A stretch of DNA of 63,229 nucleotides, the filler included, from Folioceros fuciformis (lineage: Eukaryota): NCBI GenBank assembly GCA_049999805.1. It is 8 parts of 8 records of this genome, joined end to end, with 100 filler letters (N's around TTAATTAATTAA, not from the genome) between each part and the next. Parts side by side here need not be neighbours in the genome. Positions count along the whole stretch, not along the records: positions 44,785 to 51,144 come from JBNGIO010004033.1; positions 51,245 to 55,006 come from JBNGIO010004036.1; positions 55,107 to 61,284 come from JBNGIO010004037.1; positions 61,385 to 63,229 come from JBNGIO010004061.1; 4 more parts are not named here. One strand, written 5' to 3'. The position numbers and the translations under genes were made by a program. The notes below the pieces were generated by a model. It was not told the origin of the DNA. It made no database searches and saw nothing but the letters and a program-made list of their open reading frames with translations. Positions 51,042-63,229 of the stretch are shown in pieces (the first letter of the stretch is position 1; each line of letters starts with the position of its first letter).

Positions 51042-51244
51042 GTAAGTATTTGTGTTCTTCTTTCTTGTTACTAATCCGCATCATGCAGTAGGAATGTGCC
51101 GGTAGACCGGTGCACTGCACCTACACTCGGTAGGAGTGCGCGGGNNNNNNNNNNNNNNNNNNNNNNNNNNNNNNNNNNNNNNNNNNNNTTAATTAATTAA
51201 NNNNNNNNNNNNNNNNNNNNNNNNNNNNNNNNNNNNNNNNNNNN

Positions 51245-52187
51245 ACCGAGGCCGAGTACGCAGCCACATCTCTGGCCGCGAAGGAAATACTCTGGATTCA
51301 ACAATTTCTGCATAATCTGCACGAGGACCAGGAACAGCCAACAGAGTTGCAGTGCGACAACCAATCCGCCATTGCCATGACACTAAACCCGGTCCTCCAC
51401 GCAAGGACAAAACACGTTGAAATCCAACACCATTTCATCCGGCAGGTGGTAACCAACAAGCACGTGAAGTTGATATACGTGAGCACAACAGAGAACACGG
51501 ACGATCTTCTAACCAAGGGGCTGGCAAAGCAGCAGCTCGACAAGCACAGAAGGGGAATCGGACTACGTAGCAAAGACGTATATTCTGCACGCATCCAGCA
51601 ATCGGACGAAGGGGGAGCTACAACTCCAACGACTCCGTTACAACACAAGCAGCTCAATTGTCAAGCAAAGGCTGCATCACGGCAACCTTAAACCTCTTCA
51701 TAATCGCGTCCGCCTCCGCCCCCTTCGAGGGAGCCGTAAAACTGACTGCCCCGCGTCCCTTCTTAAAGGGTTCGCGCGCCATCACGGCAGACGGATCGCG
51801 CTTCTCCACGAGTTCACATGTAACCTGTACAGCACAACTCGCTAGCTGCAGCAGCCATCATAGCGCGGACAGCAAGCACAACAACAACTGAAGACACACA
51901 TGCACCAAAGAGGCCATCTGTCGAAGACTGACTGACCAGCCTAGCAGTCTCCTTATCCGCACCGAGGGGGAGTGTTGTGACAATAGCGACACGTTGACGG
52001 AACGGAGACTCGACGAGATTAGGGCACGGTTCGTCTAGTTATGAGAATTAGCGGTTCGCATAGTTACAAACTATAAAACAGTTAATTACAGTTCAACTAA
52101 ATACGGTAACGTGTATATAAGACCCCAAACTTAATCAGACAGTACGCGCATCTTTGCACCATATACATTGCCGCTTTATTGACCACA
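51245..52187 (+). mobile_element. Fourth Copia 3' end: RNase H, PPT GAGGGGGAG, 3' LTR about 51973-52187
   Basis: TEAEYAA, CDNQSAI, HARTKHVEIQHHFIR, DLLTKGL; TGTTG LTR start; LTR end approximate. Confidence 0.85.
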
Positions 52188-53640
52188 AAGGGCTAACTAC
52201 TTTCCAATGAAACGACCAATGACGAGCTGGCCACTCAAGTCATCCACCGCACAATCATGGAGCCGATGCTACCATGACTAGGTAGCGGGAACCCTACGAA
52301 ATACACATATTTTCCCTTGTATAATCAGCTGATATAAAATGATAAATAACTAAATAGATAAATAACAGTAAATAAGATAGCCTGATAACCAAAAGCCGTT
52401 GTACCAGTAAAACCCCAAGAAATAGGGTAGTTAGACGGGCAGACATAGCCTTCTTGGCCATGCTCACACACATGTATTTGTAGCCATTCCGAACATAGAA
52501 AAAACGTCCATTCCCTGAAGCTGGAAACCGGAGCTGCCCTGTAACATCTTTCGTATCAGAGCCACTGAGCTAGCCACCCTTGGATCGAGGATCAAGGCCG
52601 GCAGCCAAGATCTAGAGGCCAGGTTCGGGAGCACCTAGAGGTGGTAGCAGCAATTTGCAGCAACCATAATCAGCGAGAGAGGATTGACCAACTGTGAAGA
52701 AGCGCAGAAACAAGGAGGAGTCTTGGAGATCTCTCTAGGTAAGCCAACATGAGCAATCGCACCTTGCCCCCAGCAGAGGAACAGGCAACCTCCAGCGCAA
52801 GCGAGGAAGAAGACTAGCCATCCGAAGGAATTGGGGAAAGGGTGCGCCGCCGCGCACAACAACACCTCCACAATTTCTCAGAAGGCCGTCTCCCTTGCAT
52901 CCCACCACCGGGGCAAGAGTTTGCAGAAATGTCGGCTGCCCAGGAGCACCAGAGCCGAGAGCATACTCGCCGCCTCGTGGCCCAAGAAGAGGCCAAGATC
53001 CGGTTACGGAGGTCAAACCCCGAGCCAGATACTCTAGGAATACTCGGTGAATACGCCTCAAAGCTGGTAATTCGGCGACGTGGGCGTCCGAGGAAGCATG
53101 GCACTCCAGTGGAATCACACTGCCATCCTGCACACATCATAGTTGGTGAGCCAATCAGGGGTGAGGCAAATCGGACAGACACCTTGCGAAGAATGGAGGA
53201 AAGGACAGCCAATGTCGAACAGACCTGTGATGAATTATGCTCATCCTTATCATGACAAGACCAATAGTTGGCAAAGGTAGAGCGAGCTGTCGATCGGATC
53301 GAGGTCCAGGTGGGAGAGGGCTAAGCCCAATTGGAGAGGCAGCTGGAGGGTGTGCTCCAGATGTTGGAGCAATCGGCACCCCCAGGCTCTCACCAATTCC
53401 CACCCTCGGACACTGAGAGGCCTAGACCCGTACCATCGGTGGATGGGACACAGCCCTCCACACATGTGGACGACATGTTATTTGGAGCAACACGCCCTGC
53501 CATGGGGAAAGAAGAAAAACGTAGGTACACAACCGTACCTTGTGCTGCAAAGGAATCCAATTTGGAGGACGAAGAGCTAAAGGAAAAACTCATCGTGGAA
53601 CTCCAACCTGGCAAAGAAGAAAACAAGGACATCAATAACG
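52188..53640 (+). mobile_element. Chromovirus-like Gypsy 5' remnant: LTR part ending 52546, degenerate PBS 52551-52562, leader ORF remnant
   Basis: TGTAACA TCTT TCGTATCAGAGCC; VEQTCDELCSSLS and ERQLEGVLQMLE match IERTCAELYSPLS and ERQLNGVLQLLE at 48469-48999. Confidence 0.75.
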
Positions 53641-53912
53641 AAAGTGGATGCCCTAACTAGCCTGTTTCCCGGCGTCAAGTAGTGTGACGTCATATTTTGA
53701 GAGTAAAAGTGCCCATTGAGCCAACTTGCCACTAAGCTTCATATTGGTGTCACTGAGTAGCCAGTGCAACGGCTGGTGATCTGTAACTAGCTAAAACTTC
53801 CTACCAAACAAATACACCCTGAAGTGTAACACTCCTCAAACTGCGGCTAGACACTCCCCTTCATATGCAAAGTAATTCTCCTCAGCTGAGTTATAGGATT
53901 TGCTGGCGTAGG

Positions 53913-55006
53913 TGTGGAGGCAAAACCCCGGGCACTGATTGCCAATGGGTTCCACCTTTAGTGGCCACACTTATCCCACTGTCGTTGAGACATTGGGTTT
54001 CGTTCCCACGAAGGAGCGATGGCGTTCCTTGCTGCTGTGCATGGAGGGTCGGACTTGATCAACTCGATGATGGATTCGAGGGCTCCCCTCCAGCTCCGAT
54101 CAGGCGTAGGACAGGCCTCGCTGTCCAGCAGTCAGCTGCACCTCTCTCGATGCCCACAAACTCACTCCAATCACTACAACGACTCTAACCTCTCAGATCT
54201 GCGACTTCTCTCACACACTTCACTCACTCTCTCGCTCCAGCACCAACACCAACAACTACCAGNNNNNNNNNNNNNNNNNNNNNNNNNNNNNNNNNNNNNN
54301 NNNNNNNNNNNNNNNNNNNNNNNNNNNNNNNNNNNNNNNNNNNNNNNNNNNNNNNNNNNNNNGCAAGCCCCTACACCCTGGTCATTACACCTTGTGATCC
54401 TACCAGACACTATACAACCGGCAACACGCTGCCCGCGATCCTACGAGACACTGTACAGCCGGCAACACGTTGCCTGCAATCCTACCAGACACTGTACAGC
54501 CGGCAACACACGGCTTGCGATCCTACCAGACGTTGCACAGCCGGCAACACACTACAAGTCCTAAACCAAGCAGGGACAGACCACAAAAGCTCATGAAGAG
54601 AGGACCTCCAAGAGCTCACGAAGAGATAGACTGACTCCCAAAGTGAATGACTCCCTCCTCCTACAGGCTCACCTGATCTTATAGGAGCCTCTCTCTCTCT
54701 CTCTGACTTCACCTCTCTCTAACTTGAGAAATATTATTTTAATAGCCTAGCCGGCTGTCACCAGCCACTTATTTAGACTTCTAGCACAACCTGCCACCAA
54801 TGAGCTGGCCCTACCACCACAAGGATCTACCACCTCTTAGACTATCCTGAGACTTCAAAGGATGTCTGATCTTCAAAGATCTGCGGACGCCGCCTCTTCC
54901 TTGCTGGATGGTCGCCCGCTAAGTCTTCCCCTGCAACTGTTCACCCTTGCTGGCTGCGCCAGCCTCTAGGGAAGGAGCATGAGCAATGGGAAAGATAGAG
55001 AAGAGG
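53913..55006 (-). mobile_element. Family A long LTR fragment with about 41-bp internal tandem repeats (54396-54555)
   Basis: Matches 9932-10061 and the reverse complement of 10230-11290; four copies of ATCCTACCAGACACTGTACAGCCGGCAACAC. Confidence 0.85.
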
Positions 55007-56264
55007 NNNNNNNNNNNNNNNNNNNNNNNNNNNNNNNNNNNNNNNNNNNNTTAATTAATTAANNNNNNNNNNNNNNNNNNNNNNNNNNNNNNNNNNNNNN
55101 NNNNNNCCCAGGTCCCGCGAGTCTCCCGAGAGCTACGTTAGGTTATTCGACCACACATGGACTGAATTTTTGAAGGCGGCCCGAGTGTTAATTCCTACAA
55201 TGTCAAGTTACAGGGCTACGGAATAAAATGCCTCATGAAAGAGCCCTTTCTATTGGTTGATTCTCCAGCATATTTTAATGATTTAGACTATCTAAAGATA
55301 GCTGCGAGAGGGATTCCCGTTGCGCAAGGAAATCATAGATATATATTATTGAATAGTTTTCTTGAATGATATCAGACAATAAAATATGTCTAAATTTTTT
55401 ATTAAATAGTTTTTAATATTTTCCTTCAAATCTAAAATTGTATAAAATGTATCCTGTATAATCTTCTTGTTCGTGAAAATGAGTGTGTACATCACGTTCC
55501 AGGATTTTTGGCGGAGGCTTGGGTGAGGTGAAACTCTTGGTAGTGAAAATCATGGATAGGACTAGACGTCGGCAGGAAAGCCTTTGAACAAGGACAAGCA
55601 GCAATAGAAAGGCGCATAGGAAATTCCACTGGAAGGAACCTGGCTGAACAACAAGGCGGGTGGGTCGTGTTATGGCGGAAGATTATTAGGGTTCAGTAGC
55701 GTACAATAAGTGCGCAAGTCGTGGAACGCGGTTGCGCGCGAAGGTTCATGGAGTGAAACACGGAATCCAAGCTCAGCACCAAGTACCAAAATGTGGTAAT
55801 CGACAGCGATCAGGGCCAGGCACCCCACCTTTTGGCTGCTGCCTTGCAGCAATGTCGCTGTCAGATCCACCGGGACTGACAGGGAAAGAAAGAGACGCAT
55901 CTGCGAGCGCTGGGAGAAGGAAGTCCTCGATGACTCCGCCGCGCAGAACTGAGCAGCAGGAATCGAGCGTCCACCAGCCATCGTTCTAGAGGCAGCAGAG
56001 CAGAGCAGAGTACACACAGCTCACCTCGGGGCACACAGAAGNNNNNNNNNNGCAGAGCAGAGCAGAGTACACACAGCTCACCTCGGGGCACACAGAAGAG
56101 CGCAGAGCAGAGCAGAGCAGAGCAGGAGCCTGGGCTTGTCAATCTGGCGTTTGTAGGTTCAAAAGTTCGTCAATCTGGCGTGGAGATCTTTGAGAAGGGG
56201 TTCGGGAAGTGGTGCCAAAAGCTGGCCAACTGTGGTGGCTTTGCTTTTTAGGCCTCGCTTTGCA

Positions 56265-57946
56265 ATGGCGTGGAATGTATTTAAATTTTGCACGGGCCTG
56301 CGAGTTGTAGGTTCCATCATGATTCTGGTGGTCCTCGCCGTTGTTGGAGTATCGTATTATGGTGTCGTCGTATCCAATTATGGCCCTGATGTGCTCAAAG
56401 GTGGTTCGCACGCTGTGACTGCGGTTCTGGTCCTCACCTGCTTCCATGTTCTGGTAAGCTCGGGGCAGCCTCCTGGTTGGCGGCTGTGTGTGTTGAGCTC
56501 CGTGCCTGTCTTTGTGGTGTCGAGATTGTTTTGATTGTGAGCTTGTCTGGGGCGTGCAGCTGGTGCTGCTTCTGTGGTGTTACTTTTCGGTGGTGTTCAC
56601 CGACCCCGGTGGCGTACCTCCAAGCTGGAGACCCACGGATGTGGAGGAGGATCTTGAGGGCCAAACACTTCTGACGGCCACCAATGCTACCCCTGGTGTC
56701 ATCCCCATGAATCCTGCTGCAGCAGTTGTGAACAATCTGCAGAATCCAAGATTTCGATACTGCAGGAAATGCTCGCAGTTTAAGCCTCCTCGCTGCCATC
56801 ATTGCTCTGTCTGTGAGTATTTAGTTCCTTCCTCTTTGTAGTTGATACGTGCAGTAGTGGTGTATTCCTTTAGGTCAGCAGTAGGCTGGTGAACCTCCAT
56901 GTCTGCGCTTCCTCCAGAACTCAGGTGCTATTTGTTGTCCAACAGGAAGTGGACAGTGTCTCATTCCAGTGAACTGCTGTTTTGGTCCAGGTGGGCGGTG
57001 TATTTTGAAAATGGACCATCATTGTGTCTGGGTTGTTAATTGTGTTGGAGCCCGTAACTACAAGTTTTTTCTCCTTTTCCTGGTATGTTTTGCAAATTAG
57101 ATGCACGGTTGTCAATCTAGGGGCGTTGTCATTTATCTCTGTTGATTTCTCCATGCTCCTAACGCTAGTAATTGATGATCTGCGACAGCTCTACACGTTC
57201 TTAGAAACATCTTTGGTGACTGTTGCACTCCTTCCACATTTTATTTCCTTCTTTGGAGATATTGATGAAGAGAGCACCCATCCTGGGAGCCTTGCCTCGA
57301 CCTTTCTAGGCTTTGGTAGCTCCTTTGACCTTTATTTGTTTGGGAGACCCTGTGTGCATCTGCGATCGCAGCTTCTGTTGTTTCTTTCGTTTCTGACAAC
57401 GTTTTGCTGCTTTGGCAGTTCTGAATCTCGCGTTTGCACTCAGTGTCCTGGGCTTCTTAATTATGCACGTTTCATTGGTCTCCGGGAATACTACGACGAT
57501 AGAGGTCAGTTCTGCTTTTGCTTAGTTGGACTGGGAGGCTCAAGAGTTAGTGCACTTAGGGTCGGGGGGATTGTGAAGGTGGATGATGCAATGTTGGTGT
57601 TTGTGCATGGTCGTATCACAGGCGTATGAGAAAAAGGCGTCAACAAGATGGAGGTTTGACTTGGGTCGCAGAAAGAATTTTGAGCAGGTGCGCTCGTTTC
57701 TTTTCTTTCACTAGTCTCTACCCACTCAGCTACGTGGCATCAAAGTGAACGTTTGCGTTTCCATCTGATCTGTATGGAGAGCTGTTTATCTGACTGACAG
57801 AATGAATTGCGCCTGAACAGGTTTTCGGCACAAGAAAGTTGTTCTGGCTAATCCCTCTTTATGCCGAAGAGGATCTGAGGAAGATGGTCGTCCTCCACGG
57901 ACTCGATTACCCCGTGAGACCTGAAGTCGATGGACAAGAGTTCTAA
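56265..57946 (+). CDS. DHHC protein S-acyltransferase (plant PAT12/13/14-like). Exons 56265-56453, 56560-56812, 56991-57082, 57189-57315, 57419-57504, 57622-57687, 57821-57946
   Basis: [84 protein letters not shown]; all phases consistent. Confidence 0.96.
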
Positions 57947-59273
57947 CCTGGCAAGGACACGAAAAAACGACACACGATGGAGTGTCAATCCCTGGAAGTA
58001 TCCCGGATAATGGACAGCAGGCTTCTGTGCAGGCTCCGTTGAGACATGCACGTGCGTACAACTATGTGGCCGCAAGGTTCTAGGAAACCCCTTGGACAAA
58101 GTCGGGATCCGAAACCATGGGGGCTTCCTTTGCTGTTGGCGCTACCCCGTTATGTTTTCCCACCATATGGGCAAGAGAAAGAAGAGTGAACCTGGTATGC
58201 AGGATGTCTCCAAGAGTTAAGGCCCACCCCCTGGGTGTGTTGTGTAAACTGAATCATGAAGGTTCACTGGCGGCAGCTACCAGATCATCATTCATCAAGT
58301 GCAAGTGAGATGACAAATGTAATCTCGCTCGTCTCAGTAGGAATCTCTGAAAGGTTGTGGACCGTTCAGTTTGCCTTGCCCTTTGGATCCATGTGGTACT
58401 AGGCAGGGAGCTCAAAGTTTTCCTCTGCACTGCACGAAGGGTACGTGAAACTGTCGGCGTTCCCTGTACCATGGGCTGTGCAACCTACCAGGAAACGGGC
58501 CCGCCACCCCTGCCGAAATGGGGGTGGCGCTGCTGAACAGCGACCCAACGCACGCAATTCAGATGTACTGGAATCACGGTTTCAGTTCTCACCCACCGCC
58601 GTCCTTGGTGCTGGCCTCCCTGCCTCCAGCCAGATCCTTAATGAAACCCAACACCGCCCGCATGACAGACGGCTGTGGTCGGGGAAACCTGTCTATCCAC
58701 CATTGGTGAGTCGCCACTCTATTTGTCGCTGGTGCCAGTTGGAACGTGCGATATTTCAGTTGTCTATCTCTCTATTTCTCAACCTTGTGATATATATGCA
58801 TACTAAAGCGAGCTAGATGCAGAAAGTGATGAGCTGGAGATATCGCGCTCCAAGGGGTGATACAATCTTCTCGCTATCTCTATCAGCGTTCCAGCGTTCC
58901 TAGGAGCTCTTGCCCTCTCTCCTCACTCTTTCCAGCGGCAACCAGAACTGTTCACGCTCCACCTCCCCTGCCAAGAGCTGTCGATTGGGGCCAGCCGCGG
59001 CATTGACGCCTGTGATGGAACATCGACGAGTCTTGCGGCATATCTCTGACACTAGCTAGCTTCAGCTGCAATCTGCGATCTGAACGATGTGGGTTGACCA
59101 ATGTTTGCCTGCACTCGCATGGTCGTTGCGGGATCCTTCCTGCGCTGTTGGATGCAGCCCCACCTTCTCCTCTCCTCTGATGCTTGCTCACTCTTTCTCG
59201 TCTTGCTCCCTGTCACAGATTGCTGATCAATGCGGTAGATACGGCGGACGAGGGTGTCAAGAGCTTCGGCACC

Positions 59274-60410
59274 ATGTTTCCGCGGACCAGACCGACTATG
59301 CCGAGCGGGAGGAGGTCCCGGAGCGTGCATTTCGTGTGGTTTCTGGCGGTGGCGTACTTGTGTGGGGTGCTCACGGTGCCCCTGGTGACGCTCTCCGGGA
59401 GCGTGCTGGGTCGTAGGACCGGCGTGGAAGTAGAGCAGGTGAAGGAGAAAGTGGTGGATTTGGAGCCCGAGCGCATTGTCGCGGCCAGTGTGGATGTGGC
59501 CAAGGTAAACCCTACCACCAGGCGGCCTCAGGCGGAGACGAAGCCGCTGCAGTTCAATCCTCACTTGGTGCTGAACCGGAAGCATCCCACGGACTTCTAC
59601 AAATTCAGGTCCGACTGCAACTCCAATTTCACCAATGCTGTGGATGTGCGCACCTTCATCCATGATATGCTCTTCGACGGAGTGAGCCCGTTCAAGAACT
59701 TTCCCCCGCAGCACGCCCTGCCGTATCTGCAGGAGAACAATGTCAAGGGCTGGGGTTCTAGGGCCAAGGTGTTCGAGCGGCTGGTGAAAGAGGTGGAGCC
59801 CGAGGTGGTGATCGAGCTGGGAGTCTTCCTCGGGGCGTCAGCCATCAACATGGCCAACCTCACCCGCAACCTGGGCCTGCAGACCACCATTCTGTGCGTG
59901 GACGACTTCCGGGGCTGGGCCGGCTTCCGCAAGATGTACCCCGAGCTCCACTTGGCCGTGGAGAACGGCAACGTCATGCTGCTCTACCAGTTCATGCAAA
60001 ACGTGGTGTCGGAGGGCTTCCAAGACACCATCATCCCCGTCCCCTACGCCACCACCTCGGCGCTCTCCAAGTTCTGCGAGTGGGGCGTGAAGGCGGACCT
60101 CATCGAGGTGGACGCAGGCCACGACTTCCACTCCGCCTGGCTCGACATCAACGAGGCCTACCAAGTGCTCAAGCCCGGCGGAGTTATGTTCGGCCACGAC
60201 TACTATAACCGGTAAGCCACACAGCTAGCGTCCTGGAAAGCAATTACCGTCTCGTCTCTTGTGGTGGCTGCCAGTGCTCACAGTGCTCTGCTGTGTCGTT
60301 TCAGCGTCGACAAGAGGGGTGTGGCCAGGGCAGTCGATCTGTTTGCCAAGACTTACGGCTTCCGAGTGGAGCCGGATAAACAGCATTGGATCCTGCGGGA
60401 CACTCCCTGA
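59274..60410 (+). CDS. Type II membrane-anchored class I SAM-dependent methyltransferase (Methyltransf_24-like); exons 59274-60211 and 60305-60410
   Basis: N-terminal TM segment; GWGS...VIELGVFLGASA; ILCVDDFRGW; DLIEVDAGHDF; LKPGGVMFGHDY; second exon RGVARAVDLFA...QHWIL. Confidence 0.9.
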
Positions 60411-60619
60411 CTCCATAGCAACATCCGACTGTAGCTTACTGCAATCTCGAGCGTGGCAGAAATTAGATAGGTCAAAACGTAGTCGGATTGGTCCCAACGA
60501 TACGGAACGATCGTAACTTAGTCAGATAGACCCCCACGAAACGTAACGTGACTTTACGTTTCGTGATTTTTCCAGGTACGGCAGCGTCTCAGGAACGAAG
60601 CTTGGACGCGAGCCTGGTC

Positions 60620-61284
60620 CTTTTCTCTTGTGCCTTAAGCTCTTCCGGAGATTTTCTCTTGTGCCTTAAGCTCTTTTGGAGGTATGAAACATGATTGAAT
60701 GGACACTTTTGGGAAAGCCAAAAGAAATTGGAGATATGAAATAGGATTGAATAGACACTTCGGGAAAGCGCAAAAGAAAAAAGAAAAGAGGATCAGAGCA
60801 AACAAAATAGCAAATCTAGAGAGCTATGTCAAGAGTTATGTCAATAAGCCTAAGTTACGTAATCGCCAATCGCCTTGGAGTAAGAGAAGTTTTTCCCTGA
60901 GTTTGGGAACACTAAGAAGTTGACAGATATCGTAGTAAGAGCCTTGAAACATCTGGATCCAAGTGTTGCGAGTGGCCATACATTGGCCAAGGATGTGGTG
61001 ACGAGTTTCTTGTGAAGACATGCATTTCCGACAAAATGGATCCTCTGCAATGTTGAATCTCCTAAAGTAAGCCCCAATAGCCATATGCCCAGTCCGAAGC
61101 AAGGTGAGAAATGATGAGAGCTTACGGTCATGGAGACCAAGGCGTTGTAGCACCGAGGCCGAAGGGCCACCAAGCACCACCCTCTTAAGCGCAGAAGCCT
61201 TAGTTGAGGAAACCCACCGTAAACGCCACTCCTGTAGACTTGCAGCATGAATTTGCTGGCGAGCTCTGGACACTGATAGGATCC
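60620..61284 (-). mobile_element. Non-LTR retrotransposon 3' end (ORF2 C-terminal zinc knuckle 60836-61284, 3' UTR, duplicated terminal unit)
   Basis: LTLLRTGH...CRKC...ETRHHILGQC (CCHC); truncated by a linker. Confidence 0.7.
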
Positions 61285-62566
61285 NNNNNNNNNNNNNNNN
61301 NNNNNNNNNNNNNNNNNNNNNNNNNNNNTTAATTAATTAANNNNNNNNNNNNNNNNNNNNNNNNNNNNNNNNNNNNNNNNNNNNGTTTAGAAAAAGGAAG
61401 AAAATCATGTAGAAAAATGAAAACCAATTTTGTATTTATTTTCTTGCCTCCTTTCCTATCTACTAGCCTATGGGATTTGATTGGGTGTAAGTAGCCTGGT
61501 CCTCAAGACGGATAGAGGGGGAGGGGGAGCCTCAAAGGTTTTTCTCTCTACTAACATTTATCCTATTGACCATCTTACATTCTCTTATCTCCTAGCCACT
61601 AATCTTGGCAAACATGACAAGGAATCGCCGCTCTTAGCCCTAAGCACCTCGCATTGGAGAGGATAGGGAGCAATCTCATGGGCGTGCCAACCAATGGAGA
61701 GTCACTCGAGGTTTTGGCTTCACTCCAGCACCTCGCCATTACTAGATGTTCGGCGAGAATCGGGTGGATGCCCTCATACATACCTTGCAAGATCAAGGGT
61801 GGTCTCTGCCATTAGGATTCCATCTTCATCAGTTTGAGACGGCAGCAGATCACTTAGAAGTGCGCTTGAACCATCAACATCGGAGAGCATAAGAACGATT
61901 GAGAAGATATGATTCTCTGTCTCAATCTCAGTCCGATTCTAGCCAAAATTCATCACAGAGAGGTGCTTCTCCAGGGCGCCTTGATCGACTTAGGCCCCAC
62001 AGGCGTCTGGTTTCCTCAACTGACTGTGAATCGCCGAGGAGTTTTGTGCATTGGGCGGAGAGTGATGATGAATTGATCATCACCGAATCTCAACAATTTT
62101 GGCATTCGTCATGACAGGGGAGGCACGAGATCTTATTAGGCCCCTGGGGCACCCCATCTGCTGGAGNNNNNNNNNNNNNNNNNNNNNNNNNNNNNNNNNN
62201 NNNNNNNNNNNNNNNNNNNNNNNNNNNNNNNNNNNNNNNNNNNNNNNNNNNNNNNNNNNNNNNNNNCCCCCGAACAGGTGCCACCCGTTCGATGTAACAG
62301 TGCACCCGTTTGACAGAACGGCGTGCCCGTTCCACGAATAGGTGTCACCTTCGTTACGTTGAACGGGGCCCCTAATTCTTTTTCTTTCGCTCTTGTTAAT
62401 TGTTTTTTGGGCTCTTTTCCAGTAGAAATTAGTGGAGATTTTGGTGGCAATACTTCTCAACTGTGATGGCTCTTGGCTATGCAAAGTGTGCCTCCTACAC
62501 ACGATTTCAACACTGGGACATCATCAATACCTACCATCGTAGCTGTTAAGGAGGAACCAAGATCAT

Positions 62567-63229
62567 TGTGGACTCCACATGCTGAACAGACCCCTGGGAA
62601 ATGATAGGTTTTTTTTTTTTTGGATTTGTGAGTGAGTATTGTAGAGGAAAGGTTGGAAGGTTAGGTTAGAATAGTAGCTAGATTGATGGTGAGTCGATAG
62701 GGTAGGTAGGTTGTGTGGTAGATAGGATGTGGGCTCTGGTTCCTGGGCCAAGGGTAAGTAGGCTAGAGGGTAGCCGGATGAGGAATGGGCCGGCTGTTCG
62801 GCTAGCCACACTGGTCGCCTGACTTGACCTGGGTAAGACCGGGCAGTGGCGGCTGAGTCAGAAGGTATAGGAGACCGATCGGCTGATCTAGCTAGGCTAG
62901 TTGGTGGATCCAGTCGATTAGGCAGCCGGCTGGCCGAGGAAGGAGTAGGCGGCAGCCGAGGAAGGAGTAGGCAGCAGCCAGGTAGGCGACCTAGCTACTG
63001 GCAGGCCGCATGGCCAGACCCAGGCCGGGGTCCTGGCCGGAGCTGCGAGGCAATAAGCCGAGTAGGCCACCGGAGCGCTGGCGGGATGCAAGCTCAGGCA
63101 GCCAGGCTTACGCGCTGCTTGCAAGCCAGGGGGTAGCCTGGTCAGGTAGGCAACCGAGCGGATGGAAGGCGGTCCTACAGGTCCAAGCTTTAGGCCGGTT
63201 GGTGGATCCAGCCGGGCTGGACAATAGAC
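62567..63229 (+). mobile_element. Family D LTR 5' part
   Basis: TG start; homologous to 44785-45640 (minus). Confidence 0.72.

Noticed and set aside
55995-56125. Duplicated unit with (GCAGA)n upstream of the DHHC gene
   Set aside because: The duplicate flanks a 10-N gap, so it is probably an unmerged contig overlap; the same applies to 47930-48095

Overview
Eukaryotic land-plant genomic DNA; the short GT-AG introns, GC-rich exons and expanded TORNADO1-like genes suggest a bryophyte, possibly a hornwort (inference). The window is at least eight scaffold pieces joined by artificial 100-nt N-TTAATTAATTAA-N linkers. About 60% is nested, decayed retrotransposon sequence: four Ty1/Copia pieces, Athila/Tat-like and chromovirus-like Ty3/Gypsy pieces, many long LTRs and one LINE 3' end. 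Host genes are a WD40 UTP4/POPCORN-like gene (11 exons), an IRK-interacting/GIL1-like gene, a decaying tandem cluster of TORNADO1-like LRR-Roc-COR genes, a DHHC S-acyltransferase (7 exons) and a membrane-anchored SAM-dependent methyltransferase. The strongest observation is a 2.77-kb TG...CA solo LTR with a perfect 5-bp TSD. It is inserted in a Gypsy integrase and carries stacked, co-oriented, intron-free fragments of three host genes (FIP37, complex-I ferredoxin, CCT5) upstream of its TATA box. Also notable are a decayed ParB/Srx-like-domain gene in TE context, Copia elements with open accessory ORFs (one sense and upstream of gag, one antisense with a hydrophobic N-terminus), and an I/Tad-like LINE C-terminus. 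All family calls come from motif recognition by eye; no searches were run.
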